64,000 nucleotides of DNA. Source: Octopus vulgaris (lineage: Eukaryota). The translations under genes and the position numbers were made by a program. Under the pieces are notes generated by a model. That model made no database searches. It saw nothing but the letters and a program-made list of their open reading frames with translations, and had not been told where the DNA came from. Shown here one piece after another: positions 1-16,399 of this stretch; positions within the stretch are counted from its first letter, which is position 1; each line of letters begins with the position of its first letter. The stretch is from the NCBI GenBank assembly GCA_951406725.2, contig OX597826.1, positions 37,882,001 to 37,946,000 on the forward strand, written 5' to 3'.

Positions 1-409
1 CATAATAGGTGAGTAGACTCGAGTTGCGGAAATGAAGTGCCTTTCTCCCGGACATAATATGTTGTCCAGTCCCGGAATTGAACGTATAGTCTTATCATCA
101 TAAACCGAACAGCTAAACATCAGGCTACGTGCCACCACTTGTAGTGTTTACCAAAAATATGAAGTTGCCTGTCCCAAAAGTTGTTTTTTTTTCTTAATAT
201 CCTGGTTAACGACGGAAGGAGACACCTCAGAGATCCCCCAAGAATATGGAAACACGGGAGAAAGTTACCTTCAAACCAAAGACCTGACCCATATTACTGT
301 AAAAAAGTAAGTCACGTTAAAGGAACCCAGAAATAAGTAGAGTTGGCTCTAAACCAAGAAAAAGATTGTGTTCAGCACAAATGGATAGCATCGCGTATTC
401 CAACCTTCG

Positions 410-530
410 CTACACAGTTTTACCAATAGGTCAATCGTAAGAATTTAGTCTGTATGGGCCACAGTAAAAGACAGCTTCCCAAGGTCCTACACTCTGGGAT
501 TGAACCCGATACCTCGTAACTGGCTGCGAT
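410..530 (-). mobile_element. Degenerate CORE-type tRNA-SINE fragment
   Basis: Diverged match (agtaaaagacagcttcccaaggt...gggattgaaccc) to the better copies at 30404 and 51038. Confidence 0.5.
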
Positions 531-891
531 CAACATACTTTAGAAGAACTTGTAAATGAATAAATTCAGAACTTAGTTTCTTGTGGTTCCATTCTGAAAT
601 AACACCATTCTATCATTCACCAGTTACCTCTTGCGTATATGTGTGTATACGCGTGTAAGTGTGTGCATGTACGCATGTATGTACGTACGTATGTATGTGT
701 GAATGTATCTATGTATGAATTTATGTAGGTATGAATGTACGTGTGCGTGTGTGTATGTGTGTATGTGTATGCGCGCGCGCTTGAAATTAGTTTCCAATGT
801 GATAGTGTCACCTATAATTTAGGAATATAGTTTTAATTTCCCTTGATATAAAAGTTATTTCAAATAACGGAGACTAAAACAAATTATGAGC

Positions 892-940
<49 letters not shown>

Positions 941-1219
941 TAATAATAATACTGACGACGACGGCGACGACGATGGTGATGAAGTGAGATTGTTATGGGA
1001 CTTTTCTATACAAATTAAGGACAGAAAAATAGAATGCGTCAACTCAGATGACATAAAAAAGAAACCATGTATTATAGTCGACTCGGCAAGGGGGCCGTTT
1101 GATACCGAAGCCAAAAGAAAGGGAAAAGAAGGGGGTAGAGTTTTATACTAACTTCAAGTGGGAAACGCTCGAATGTTAGAACACAGAAATGAACAAGTTT
1201 AAGATAATGCTGATAATTA

Positions 1220-1306
1220 TAGTAATCCCTCGACTATCGCGGGTGTTACGATTCACAACCCCCGCGATAGGTGAAAATCCGCGAAGTAGAAACAGTACCG
1301 TATATC

Positions 1307-1360
<54 letters not shown>

Positions 1361-1448
1361 TAGTTTTATTTTTATAGCGTGCTTTCACTTCACTACCGAG
1401 CGCAGCTCTGTGTGCCTTGGATATGTGCTGTGATATGTTGTGATGCTC

Positions 1449-1512
<64 letters not shown>

Positions 1513-1693
1513 CATTATTATTATTATTATTTTATAATTTCTATATATTTATTTTATTATAAATGCAAAACAACACCACAGAGGAATCAACGTAAGCTTC
1601 AATAATAGGTGAACCGCGATAGGCAAACCCTGATGGGCGAACCGCGATAGGCGAACAGTGATAGGTGAACCGCGATATGGCGAGGGATTACTA
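1220..1693. mobile_element. Tc1/mariner/pogo-type MITE
   Basis: TIRs TAGTAATCCCTCG (1220-1232) and CGAGGGATTACTA (1681-1693), flanked by TA on both sides; repeated subterminal AACCGCGATAGG motifs; no ORF. Confidence 0.8.
1357..1450 (-). mobile_element. Short retroposed 3'-end island within (TAA)n, probably the 3' UTR of an R4/Dong-type LINE
   Basis: About 93 bp of unique sequence with (TTA)n on both sides; the minus strand ends ...AAAATAAAACTACTGAATAATAAT; clade assignment is inferred from the target only. Confidence 0.45.
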
Positions 1694-1888
1694 TATTGGG
1701 ATCCTAGATACAGTGAGAAAAACAAAACTGAGAACAAACCTTTAAAAATTTGATTTTCACTTATGATTCGGTGCGATGCTGAAAACATGTCTTTAAGAAG
1801 AATTATCCAAAAAGTCTTGAAAGAAATTATATGAAGCAGAAAACAAGAACTTTAACAGAGGAGGTATAAAATTGCTCTTCTCCTTAGA

Positions 1889-2350
1889 CCAGCCATGGGC
1901 AAACTGTCACCTCCGACACTTTTTCAATGGCACAAGAAATAAATTACTTTGAATTTTTTTTAGCAGTACGGCTTTCCTGATGATGAGCGACTCGTTTCTC
2001 AAAAATGGTTGCACAAGCCTGTCCTTGAGCATGGATTGTAGTTAGACAGGACTGCTTATAAAGCGATGTGTCAAACGAAAGTATCTTGCGGTATTTATTG
2101 CTCCCAAATAGCACAGTCACTCCCTTGTCACTCGCGGAATTGGAAATACAATGATCCAAGTCCCTATTCATTGGAATCCGGTAGCAAATGATACTGTTTT
2201 TGACAAAATCGTTTTATTTCCGTTTCCTGCAACACAACACGTCAGTTGTTTGGTTACAGTTGCTTATCAGATTACCAAATACATTGTTAGTCATTTTGTA
2301 CAACCATCTTCCATTCCTAGAGGAATGTTAACAAAATATGTCACATAACA
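1889..2350 (-). mobile_element. Degenerate hAT (Charlie-like) DNA transposon 3' fragment
   Basis: CAGCCATGGGCAAACT resembles a Charlie-type TIR; minus-strand KGVTVLFGS.. resembles the hAT dimerization-domain motif; heavily frameshifted. Confidence 0.4.
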
Positions 2351-2887
2351 AAAAAAATAAATTAAATAAGTCACGATTTGTAAACGAGTCTCCAATCAAC
2401 CGATCATATATTCACAATTAGTCACCTATGACAAATCTTAAGCAGTCACAAAATGTCTTATCTCGTTAAACATCATAATTTCCATTATAAGACACAACAA
2501 CCAGTGTCAGATTATGAGTTTGTGATAATACATTCTCACTGTCTTCCTAATGAAATTATGTCTGCCAGAGTTTGTGAAAAATACAGAAAAAAACATTTCT
2601 CAAAATATTTAAGAAATACCAAGATATATCTGTGTATTGGAGTCATAGTTCTGTGATGAGATTCTTTGATGTATCTTCAGAATTTTTATATGTGCCAACT
2701 TCCTATAACACTAATTGGCAGAAAATTATGGCATTTTCTAATTTTCCAAACACAAAACAGAAAACTTCAAAAATCTTTGCATCTTTTGGAAAAAAAAATA
2801 CAGCCATTCATTCGAACATAACTAAATTCTTTTACATATAAACACTCATATTTCCTCGCTTCCTCTCTCTCTCTCTCCTTCTCACTC

Positions 2888-2935
<48 letters not shown>

Positions 2936-3135
2936 TATGCTTATATATCTATATATACGTATAGGTATATATACATATATTCTCACAAATAGATCTATAT
3001 CACAGTATACTCTCAATATACACACATACACAGACGTGCACACACCTGCGCATAGACACACACACAACAAATATCTACAGGTTCATCTATACACATACAA
3101 ACATATATATGTATATATACATATATACACAATAT

Positions 3136-3220
<85 letters not shown>

Positions 3221-3229
3221 CATACACAC

Positions 3230-3294
<65 letters not shown>

Positions 3295-4110
3295 AAAGAG
3301 CGAGTATTTATGTTACCAGGAGGGATGGTGAAGAAAAACAAAATAGATTTCATTTTTTGCAAGTGACTAAAATATTTTTATATTTTCTCCACGTTTCTTT
3401 ATGTTTAACTCCCAGCTAAGTGTAATGTGCAGGAAATTTCTAAACATCACACATCACATACACTTTCAAATTACACACACAAATAACTTTAATATTTTAT
3501 AAGCTTCTGCTAAAGAAAGGTTAAACCTTCGCTACCAACTAATATACTTAACCATGTAAATCTATATTAACATTTTTTTATATATCACCTAAACGAGAAG
3601 AGAGAATAATATGTTTTAAATAATAATTTTGAAACAGGTAATATGGGTGAAATGAGTAAAATTGGATCCTCTTTCTGCTATTTTGTCTTCTGCATATTTT
3701 TTTCTTGAAATCCTACAAGAATTTAAGCGTTTAGCATTTTATTATGGGACCCCTAATAATGCTTCACAGTTCAGTGGTTACCACTGAAAGGACTGTTCAC
3801 TCAACGGCTTTGTACTTTGCCCCTCTCTCTCTCTTTCTCCCTTTCTCGCGCGCGCGCGCGAGCGCTTTTCTTTTGGGGATTCATATTACTTGAGAATCTT
3901 GATGTACATCCGAAAACCTTCTGCTTCAGTCTGATTTGCTACAGAGTTGTGCAGTGACATTTCGTGGTCCCTTCAGTGGGTCTCCCCTTTCATCACTCAC
4001 GATATTGTTCAAGAGAAAGATAGGGGTCGAAGCACTTTGGTCCCTACGTTGTTGCAGGAATTGCCAAAACTATGCCACAGTGCCTTAGGGACTCAAGCTA
4101 ATGATTTATA

Positions 4111-4268
4111 GTTGATTGAATCAACTCCATTATGTGACTGGTACATGGACTGTTTTATCAACCTAAGAAGGATGAAAGGTAGTGCTGACCTCGGCGGGAT
4201 TCGAAGGTTGGGAAAAGATGGAACAAATTGCACAAGTCATTTTGTTCCACGCACCAACGCTTCTGCCA
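4111..4268 (-). mobile_element. Diverged copy of tRNA-SINE family A
   Basis: Core gaaggatgaaaggtagtgctgacctcggcgggattcgaa and head ...ccaacgcttctgcca. Confidence 0.65.
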
Positions 4269-4549
4269 TCAACCACCTGTGTTTCCCTCTGATATCTTAC
4301 AATCTGCTGGCTAAAAATGTTCAAATATATTTTCATTAATGTTTACTTACAAAAATAAAGCAAAAATTATTTTTATTTTCCAAAATGTTGTTGTTCTAGT
4401 TTGCTATTTTCATACTGGCTGAGGGAATTGAGCATTTTTAAAAGAAAAAATTATCATTCATATAAAATCCGAATTTTTACATAAAATATAAAAAAAGAAT
4501 TTATACGCAAAAGGAAATGGTTTACAGGCAAAATTAAATACGACAGAAA

Positions 4550-4815
4550 TATGATCCCAGTCAATGTTCTCTAGAAACTGCAACTGGTTCTTGTCACTAA
4601 TATATGACAGACTGGTTGCAAGTCCATGCAGTTGATTATGCCTGTAATTCAAAGGACAAATACATGTTACATTGTGTCACACTGATTCCTCCTGAGAATT
4701 GTATCAAGATTACACGTGTCTACGGAATACTCGGGCTCTTACCTGCTCACTCAATAAGTAGACTGTTCTTATAGCGGACAGTTAGAACACTCGTTGTCAA
4801 ATCTAAACTGAAACC
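4550..4815 (+). mobile_element. Diverged copy of the SINE family seen at 32897
   Basis: Shares tgtcacactgattcctcctgagaa...cgtgtctacggaatactc...ctcgttgtc with 33100-33240. Confidence 0.5.
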
Positions 4816-5329
4816 ATTTTCGCTCCAGATTATTTCTATAAACTCCGCGTCAGAATTAGATTTGGTCGTCGTGGCTTAGGAAACTCCTTAAATCATTATA
4901 AACAAGTAGTATTTAGGTACTACACTTTATGTTTCGAGTTGAAATCCCTAGGGACCTTTATTGTCTATCTTTCCGAATGTGGCTACAGTAAAACACTCAT
5001 CAAGACATCGAACTGATATATATATAAGGGTCGGCTGATAAGTCCAAAGGGCTAACTAAGACACTCTTGCGAAATCTAACCAAATCGCGTTTAACTTTCA
5101 TCATTGACTCCTTCGCGGTCCATACGCTTCTTCCATCGGCCTTGCAGTGCTTAGCTTTTGTGTTTTTTAATAATAAGACTCTGCAAGTATGTAAAATCCC
5201 CAAAACTGCAAATGTTTTTTCTAAGAAATAACCGATAGAATGGAACATATACAATGTAACCTATTGACTTGAGCCAATTAAAAGGGACATATACTGTGTG
5301 ATATTAGAACATTATTATGTTAGGCATTG

Positions 5330-5381
<52 letters not shown>

Positions 5382-5394
5382 GTATGTATATATG

Positions 5395-5445
<51 letters not shown>

Positions 5446-5462
5446 GTATGTATGTATGTATG

Positions 5463-5514
<52 letters not shown>

Positions 5515-5819
5515 AAAATACTTCATAATTGTGAGCCTGGAGTGAATATCAGAGATTTTATTCTTCTCTTCTCACTGGTAAGATTAAAGACTCTAATTTC
5601 AATGGTTGAACATAACTTTACTGAAATGATAGCAGCACAGTCTGTTATGCAACGTATGTGTAGTTCAAGTTTTGTAGGAAGCTCTTCTCATTTTCCCGCC
5701 CTATGCAGATTTTATCCAATATTTTGAAAGCTATTATATATGGCTATTTTAGCGTGAGAACACTTTTATAATACTGAAATCCAAATGTAAACACACGCGT
5801 ACACGCATCCACACATAGC

Positions 5820-6215
5820 TTTTATCTTTTAGTTTCCAGTTGTTTTAGTCATTAGATTGCGACCATACTGCAGCACCACCTTGAAGGGATATAGTCGAAC
5901 ACATCAAACATAGTACTTAAGCATCCCTTTGAAGTTTCTTGCTTAAGCTAGGGCATATTTTGCTGAATCGCAGAACAAACCAACACCGGTTGTCAAATAG
6001 TAGAGAACAAATACAAACATACACACAAGCGCGCGCGCACATGCTTTTGCATACGACAGCTTTTTGGATAGTTCCCACCTACTAAATTCACTTATAAGGC
6101 ATTGTTTGGCCCGGGGTGAGACTAGAAGACACCAGCTCAAGGTACCGTGTCTTGGAACTGAACCTCAGCCAACGTAGTTCCACAGCCTTCTTCATAACCA
6201 CACAATCATGCCAAG
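5820..6215 (-). mobile_element. CORE-type tRNA-SINE, near full length
   Basis: Reverse complement matches the + copy at 43340-43732 (tail agtcattagattgcgaccatactg; body agaagacaccagctcaaggt; head ...ataaccacacaatc). Confidence 0.7.
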
Positions 6216-6362
6216 CATATATCTAAAAATTAATGTTTGTTGTTTTTATATCAAACTATAAGTAAAAACAATTCAACTTGAAATTGACGGAGTACTCAAT
6301 ACATTTTAGTAGAGCATATATGCACTATTTTCCAAGGATAGAAGATACCAATGACTTCATAG

Positions 6363-6583
6363 TTATTATTTCTAATCTAGGCACAAGGCATTGACAATTT
6401 GTGGGGAAGGGAGCTAGTCGATTACATCTACTCCCGTGCGTAACTGGTACTCATTTCATCGAGCCCGAAAAGATGACAGACAAATTTGACATCGGGGGAA
6501 TTTGAACTCTGAACACAGTGGTAGACGGAATACATCTAAGCCTTTCGCCCAGCGTACTAACGATTCTGCCAGCTCGACGCCTT
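6363..6583 (-). mobile_element. tRNA-SINE family A with (ATT)n-ending tail
   Basis: Sense head AAGGCGTCGAGCTGGCAGAATCGTTAG, B-box GAGTTCAAATTCC, core TCATCTTTTCGGGCTCGATGAAATGAGTACCAG, tail CCTTGTGCCTAGATTAGAAA. Confidence 0.85.
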
Positions 6584-6854
6584 GGTGACTTCAAAGTTAT
6601 TACCAGCATTTACTTATTAAGTTATGTATAAACACTAATATCGAACGCTGAGAATGAGAACCCAACACTGCATTGGCAGATAAATATTCTTCATTTGAGG
6701 GTTTCAAACGAACCAAATCGGAATGTTGGAACTGCCCTCCATTTAGATTCGGAGTACCAAAGTTCCTAAATGGTAAACCTGAAAATTGTGAAAAGCTCAC
6801 TCTTTCTCTCTCTTTCTCTGTCCACATGGTATTCTTGTTAACCCACAAATAAAG

Positions 6855-6887
<33 letters not shown>

Positions 6888-6924
6888 CATGTGTGTGTGT
6901 GTGTGTGTGTGTAATGTGAAGAAG

Positions 6925-7190
6925 GTACGTGACCTAGAGGTTAAGGTGTGTTGAACTCACCATTACAACATCGTCGATCCAACTGGTGCTGCTCTGTTTT
7001 CTTGAGCAAAACACTTCCTTTCAAGTTGCTGCAGGCCACCCGCTTGTAACGGACTGGCGTCCTATTCAGGGAAACTTGCTACCCCTCCCCCACCCCCCGC
7101 CAAGTCAGTGCGGTGGTATGATTCCTAGAGGAATGCAAGGAAGCGCATTGTGGCCAGTGGTGTATAACAATATCTGACAATCTGGCCGAG
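6925..7190 (+). mobile_element. tRNA-SINE with V-domain-like segment
   Basis: A-box-like GTGACCTAGAGGTTAAGG; CTTGAGCAAAACACTT; CTTGTAACGGACTGGCGTCCTATTCAGGG resembles the V-SINE central domain. Confidence 0.5.
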
Positions 7191-7848
7191 AGAATGATTC
7201 ATGAGTGAGAAATGTGGAAATATCGGGCAGCTTATCAAGAAGACATGTTATCAATGTTATGTTGAAAGGATCAGAAAATAGCAAATCTTAACAACTCAAA
7301 CGAAATCCTTCATACAGAGCCCGCAACACAGATATTTGGTTTATCTCCCCCTACTTTTAAATATTTTTAAGTCACCATTTTACTTTATTTTCATTTACTT
7401 TTTTTTATCTGTGTCTAAAACTAAACATTTCTAAAATATTCAAAAAGTGAAAAACTAATTTCGTGTAAAATTTTATTTCAAAGAGTTATTTTATTTTCGA
7501 ACAGTAATTTTTAAATAAAAGAGAAAAAGGAAAGAAAAATAATATAGCTTTCATTTTTCTTTTTTCTTTTTTTTTTTTTTTGAAAGTAATATTAATATTT
7601 AAAACGACCATGATGATAACAGTTGTGGAGGGAGGTTGGGAGGTATGGCGTTGGTGATGATGCAGATGCTGATGAAGATGATGATGGTAATGATGATGAT
7701 GGTGGTGAAGATGGTGGTAATGATGAACACGACAAAGAGAATAAGTCGACGAAGAATCAAAGTTGTTAGGATGAGAGTGATGTTGCTGCAAATAATAGCA
7801 TTTATGATGATGCTGCTGCTGCTGATGATGAGGATAATGAGGATGATA

Positions 7849-7889
<41 letters not shown>

Positions 7890-8227
7890 AAAGACGACGT
7901 TGGCGACGATGACTATTAAGAAGATGCTGGTGCAGATATTTTGTTTATGTATTCAGAAATATATATTTAGGACAGGTGGATGGAATCTCTTTCTTATGCC
8001 CAAGGCACAAGAATAACGTATTTTAAGATGGATGTACCAACATACATATATGCATACATAGAGGTAGATGTGTAAACGTGTACACATATGTGTGCGTGTA
8101 TATATATATACATATATATATATGCATATATATATGCTTATATATATATGTATATATATGTGTGTGTATGACACGTAGGATGATAAATACGTTTTCATAA
8201 AAATGTAACGAAATGTTTTAAATTTTA

Positions 8228-8267
<40 letters not shown>

Positions 8268-8293
8268 CATACATACATACATACATACATACA

Positions 8294-8324
<31 letters not shown>

Positions 8325-8326
8325 TA

Positions 8327-8372
<46 letters not shown>

Positions 8373-8629
8373 TATATATATACATATATATATATATGTT
8401 AGTGTATACATATATATATACACAGACATATGAATAAAATCATGTATCTGGGGTGTATATGTATATGTATATGTGTGTGTGTGTTTGTGTGTGCGTGTAA
8501 AGAAGTATATGATAAATAACTTCGATAAAATTGTAATAGAATATATCTTAAAATTCAACAGAGAGCATATCTGTTTGATGTAAAATTGGTAAGTTTTTGC
8601 CAAAGGAACGCAAACACACACAATCAACT

Positions 8630-8669
8630 ATACATAGATAGGTAGAGAGATTGAGAGAGAGAAGGATAT

Positions 8670-8716
<47 letters not shown>

Positions 8717-8717
8717 T

Positions 8718-8750
<33 letters not shown>

Positions 8751-8898
8751 AAGATAGATAGATAGAGACAGAGACAGAGAGGGCAATATAGATAAAAAGA
8801 GAGGGAAAGAGAGATAGAGAAAGATAGAGAGAGAGGGCAATATAGATAAAGAGAGGGAAAGAGAGAGAGATAGAGAGAAAGAAAGAGAGAGAGAGATT

Positions 8899-8980
<82 letters not shown>

Positions 8981-9005
8981 GGTGGATAAATCGATAGATA
9001 GATAT

Positions 9006-9084
<79 letters not shown>

Positions 9085-9153
9085 GATAGAGAGAGAGAAA
9101 GATAGAGATAGAGCAATATAGATAAAGAGAGAGGGAAAGAGAGAGAGAGGGAG

Positions 9154-9233
<80 letters not shown>
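8630..9233. repeat. Compound (GATA)n/(GA)n microsatellite with a higher-order ~40-bp unit
   Basis: GCAATATAGATAAAGAGAG(AG)GGAAAGAGAG recurs near 8783, 8837 and 9113. Confidence 0.85.
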
Positions 9234-10663
<1,430 letters not shown>

Positions 10664-10690
10664 CCAAACAGATAGACAAATTGATAGATT

Positions 10691-10723
<33 letters not shown>

Positions 10724-11161
10724 GCATACAGGCAGGCAGGCAGACAGGCAGGCAGGCAGACAGTGATAGTGACTACGAACTCTCACCAAAGAACAGTTTG
10801 GAAATTAAGAGTTTTCAAAATGGAGTGGAGCATTGGGTTTAACGATGACGGAATTGCATCACTGGTGATGGAGACTGTCTGAAGGATTAACTTTGTAATA
10901 GTTTATTCTGTAACCGTGTGTAATTTGAACGACCCGAGTCGGTTAATGATGTTGTTATACCATCCTGTCCATTAATTACGCTAAAATGTCTATAGATTTA
11001 TCCTTGTCCGTATATCTATATTGGTTTGATAGAGAGATACGTATCTAAGTAGATAGAAAGTTAACTATATAGATAGATACATAAATACATACATACATAC
11101 ATACATACATACAAACATACATACATACATACATACATACATACATACATACATACATACA

Positions 11162-11195
<34 letters not shown>

Positions 11196-11424
11196 GAGGT
11201 AGCAACTTTCAATGAGAAGGGGAGATAATTCAACAAATTAAGAATGAATTGCATAGAAAATTGAATTTTCATGCTTGCATTCATTTAGAATGAATGGGTT
11301 TGAAATGTTGATATAGACAACATGTGTGTATGCACATGTGATTGTCTATGTGCATGTGTCTATATGAACGTGGGCATTTACGTGGGCATGTGTTTAAAAG
11401 TGAGCATGTATATGCGTGTATTTA

Positions 11425-11485
<61 letters not shown>

Positions 11486-11724
11486 CGTGGAGTAGATGAA
11501 ATTAAGGCGACTGAAGAAGGGGAATTTTCCTTGTTTTGTATGTCCTGTACTCTATTTTTTCGTTGTTTTAAAAAAATGTCAATTTCCTTGGTTTTGTGTT
11601 TATTTTTTCGTTTCTCCTTGTGTTCGACGTTTTTTTTGGTGTCATATATGCATGTATATATACATGTAGAGGTAGGTACGTACATATATGTATGTATATA
11701 TGCATATGTTTTATTTATTTATTA

Positions 11725-11764
<40 letters not shown>

Positions 11765-11894
11765 TGGGGTGTCACATACTCATTTAGATTTAGATTTATT
11801 AGTGAATTTTGAAAATATTGCATTCGGCAACATATGTGCATGCATGGGTATGCATGTAAACTTGTGTTCATGTCTGTGTATGAACACACATACA

Positions 11895-11938
<44 letters not shown>

Positions 11939-13596
11939 TATGCATACATATATATACATATATTTATATATATAAGTGTATATATAAGTGTATTTATATA
12001 TATATATGTATGTATATATATATATATATGCACATATATCTATATATGTATATTTATATATATATGCATATATATGTATATGCATATAAATATATTTGCA
12101 TATATGTATGCATATATATGTGCATATCTATATATATATGCATATATAAATGCACATATATACAAATATATTTATTTATATGCATATATATGTGCGTGCG
12201 TGTTTGGGGTGATATGTAAATTATACGTGTGCATATTTGTGTGTCCGTATATATTATACACACCTGTGGAATGGTTTACACTCCTTCCATTTTAAATATT
12301 ACAAGAGTTAAAATCTATGTGTGATCCTCTGTGTATGTATTTGCGTGTCTATATGTGTGTGTATGTTACATGTGTTTGTATATGTGAGTCTTTGTATACG
12401 TGCGTATATGTCTGTTCCTGTATGTCTCCGTGTCTCTGTGTGTTCTTTTATGTATGTGTGTGTATCTAAATGATTATGTATATGTTTCAGCGTGTTCGAG
12501 TGTATGTTCATTTACTTGTATGCGTTTACATGTGTTTGTATGTCTATATGTTCATATATCTTCTTGTGTGTTCATAGGTCTGAATATACACTGAGTTTAA
12601 ATGCATATATATGTGTGTGTTTGTGTGTGTGTATGTGTGTGTGTGTGTGTGTGCACGTCTACGAATATATCTGAGTGTGCATGAACGTGTGTGTGTGTAT
12701 GTGCGTATATATATATATATATACACACATTTACATACATACATATATATATATTATTTATATAGCTATATATATTTATATATTTATATGTGTGTATATG
12801 TGTGTGTGTGTTCCTTACTGTATTGACTGAGTAAATATGGATGTATATACAGGACGCAGTTGAAACTGATCTGTGGCAATGCGTATAGCTACATATGTAC
12901 ATATGTATGTATATAAATAAACACATTAACAGCAAACACCATGTTCGCCATTGCAGCAGCAGCAGAGATGAAATCTATTCTCTTTAAAGTTTGACACAAA
13001 CCACAGAGCATAACTTTGTTGTTCTAAAGGTACAATTAAGTAAATTGTTGAACATTGCACAAAGGAAGCTTCGGGGGTAACAGGGCAATTTGAATTCATC
13101 ACTGATTTCCTGTCCATATTCCCCCAACATCCTTCCTGCTTGGCATCACTTACCAATAATCAGAATTTTCACTCTCTTTGACGTAGTTGTTCGTTGTTAT
13201 CTGACATCACATAGCAACATCATCAATACTATCACCATCATCCTCATCATCATTATCATCATCATCATATGACGACGACGATGACGACGACATTATTAAA
13301 ATCTACACACAGCTCCATATTAAAAGGAAATTCAGATTCCTTTCGACAACTTCCAGCAGCTTCTATGCGAAATGAATAGGATTTCTTCAAAAGTCCAAAA
13401 ATCGAAATTCCACAGTTCGTTGTTGGAGTTTCAATTTCTGAACAATAAACTTTAATGAACTCTAATTCCGATAAACATAAAATTAGAGGAAATTCTAAAT
13501 ATTTATTTTATTACGCTTTTCACCCCAACTCCTGAGGAATTTTCATCAGTTTATGATGGGAAGAAAAGGCAATATTTGCTTCTTGCTGTGAGTTTT

Positions 13597-13641
<45 letters not shown>

Positions 13642-13724
13642 AGATAAACATAGGAAGAGTACATTTTAAATGAATTAAGTTAATATATATTTAATTTTTC
13701 CTAATTTGGCTGCATTCGTTTTAT

Positions 13725-14205
13725 ACGGCTTAAGATATCTTAATTCAATTAGTTTTAAGACTTATTGCTCGGATAACTTTTACGACTTGTATTGGTTCCA
13801 GGAAAATGGACGTATTGCTGGAATTATTTTCATGACTTTAATTGGTTTTTACGACTGTAGGTTTTAATTGGTTTTATGACATTACAATTAGTTTTATAAA
13901 TGTGGTCTTAAGACTTCTTAAAGTGATTAATTTAAAAACTTTAATTAGATTTAAGTCATTAGGATATTCAATGACTTACCACTTCTATGAATTCGATTAC
14001 TTTTAACACTTTGAATAGTTTTTAAAAGTTAGTAACATAATTGGTATTATAAATTATCACCCCGATACATTTTAGGGACTTCATTAGATTTAGATAAATT
14101 TTATGTAACTGATTTATCAACTTTTATAAGTTTTAACCCATTAAAATAATTGATCTTAGAACTTATTGCATTGATCAATATCAGAGCCTTGATTAGTTCT
14201 AGAAT
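13725..14205. repeat. Highly degenerate ~18-25 bp minisatellite
   Basis: Recurrent AATT(A/G)GTTTT(A/T)(A/T)GACTT-like units. Confidence 0.55.
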
Positions 14206-14514
14206 TAATTATCGTGGTTTATTTTCAAATATTTACTAATACAAAATGGTAAAGAAGTTAGGATTTCGAAAGTAATTTCAGATTCCACTTCCCAATAACT
14301 AATCTCGCACTATTTCACTGCAACATTTCTCTCCCGCATTTTATGAATACAGAGGCTACCTCCTTATTTCTGTAGAACAGCCATATCGACAATCTATTCT
14401 CAGGAAAAAAATCCAGCATGAAGTGCTCTTTTAGCCCTTACAGACTGGTGAGGAGAATGTGAAAGAAGTTGAATTTTGAATTTATGCAGGTTAATGTTTA
14501 TGTTAATTCTAATC

Positions 14515-15060
14515 TTTATTTCTGAGGGTCGGGAACTACGGACGCATGCACACTATCCCTCCATCGATTCCTACCCTGGGTTATGGTTGTGCGTTCAGCC
14601 AGAAGCCTTCCGGTCCATTCTTCGGCATCGTCTCTTCAGCACCTCGCTTTCTCACTTTCTCGGTTCTTATTGACTCTTCGCTCTAGGATGTAGGCACTGA
14701 TGTTCTGCGCCATGATGACAAGCCCAAAGTACTGCAGCTTTCTCTTCCTGACAGTTACCAAAAAGTCTCTTTCTGTTCCGATTTCCCGGCTGATCCTCAA
14801 AACACCATGTCTCAAAGGCGTTGAGTTTGGTAGCGTTTGCTCTTAGGGTCCAACTTTCATATCCATACAATGCAACATGCCAAACTAGGATCTTCAGAAA
14901 CTTTAATCTGATACTCTTGTTAAGAGATTTGTCTTTCCAAATTATATTTAGTGGTTTTAAGTCTGATCTTGCAACCCCAAATCGTGCTTTTATTTCGTGA
15001 CTTTCGTATCTTAATTTTTCTATGACAGCCCCCAGATAGTTTAACTTTGTAACCAAATCT
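14515..15060 (-). mobile_element. RTE-clade LINE 3' fragment
   Basis: KLNYLGAVI..EIKARFGVAR..IWKDKSL..ALYGYESWTL..KLNAFETWC, then frameshifted RKLQYFG.. and ..EEWTG. Confidence 0.85.
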
Positions 15061-15749
15061 AAGGTGGGTTAATACTTGTTTGAGAATCAATATAAGGGCT
15101 GGAATATTGGTGAATTATTGCCTGGATAGGAGAATTGGACGATGCAGTGTTATTGTATGGAGATCACGAGAAGAAACAGGTAAATTTTAGCTCAGGGGTA
15201 ATCTAAAATAATTTTGATTATCATAGCTGTTTTTCGTCTGACAGCCATTTAACATTCTGGCCCTAAACAGAATTTCGCACCTTTGCATTCAGCTTTTCTC
15301 TCATATTTTAACTTTAGCTAAGATATCCATGTGTTAGCCAGTCGCTCATATTTTCGAACGTGAAATCTCAAAAGATCTCTTCTTGGAAACATCTTTTCAA
15401 AGAATATATATTGAAAGCCTATGTCTCACATTTAACACCATTAATAGCAAGACATTTATCCTTGTATATTTCTCAATGGCTTCAATGCTGCCAACATAAA
15501 TCTGTCAACGATAAAACGCCGTCAGGTTCCTTTAACGGGTTTGGTAACAGTTCTTGGAGATTTTCTTTCTTCTGTTTTTTTCTGGTTATGTCAACGTTGC
15601 TGGGATTACGTCAACTCATGAAGTTTGCTTCGCCATAATTATTCATCACTAGTTAGGTTTTTGATGAAACCTGCTGTCATGTTTATAGTAAATAGCAGTA
15701 GTAGTAGTAATAGTAGAAGAAGAAGTAGTAGTAGTAGTAGTAGTAGTAA

Positions 15750-15853
<104 letters not shown>

Positions 15854-16031
15854 GATTCGAGAATAAGATATATTTGGTGGGGTGACGTGGTTGACACTTT
15901 CCACTCCTCCATATTGTCTTATGTAACGGTTAATGGACGAAGAGCGGGAGAGAGAGAGGAGGGGGACAAGCAAAATCTGTTGAATAGAACATAACAGAAG
16001 TAAATGGTGGATTAAGAACCTAAGAGATGGT

Positions 16032-16105
<74 letters not shown>

Positions 16106-16106
16106 G

Positions 16107-16149
<43 letters not shown>

Positions 16150-16375
16150 GCCACTAAAAGAGGAAATTGCATAAACATTTGTAGGGATATTGGGAGCATT
16201 AACAGCCATGTATCAGAGATTTTTGTTGAAGGTGAGATTGATATGAGATTAAAAGATGCTCAGAAAATTGCTTTGTTGATAACAGTTAGGATTTTGAGCC
16301 TGGTATTTGGGCGTTAAGTATCGTAGAAAGAAACGTTGTGAAGGGCCCTTGAGAACAGATTGTCTGCTCTTACAG
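16150..16375 (+). mobile_element. R4/Dong-type (RLE) LINE extreme 3' fragment
   Basis: VGILGAL.. and IDMRLKDAQKIALLITVRILSLVFGR* (16237-16317); directly follows (TAA)n. Confidence 0.6.
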
Positions 16376-16399
16376 AATCAGCCAAGGCAAGTGGTGTCC

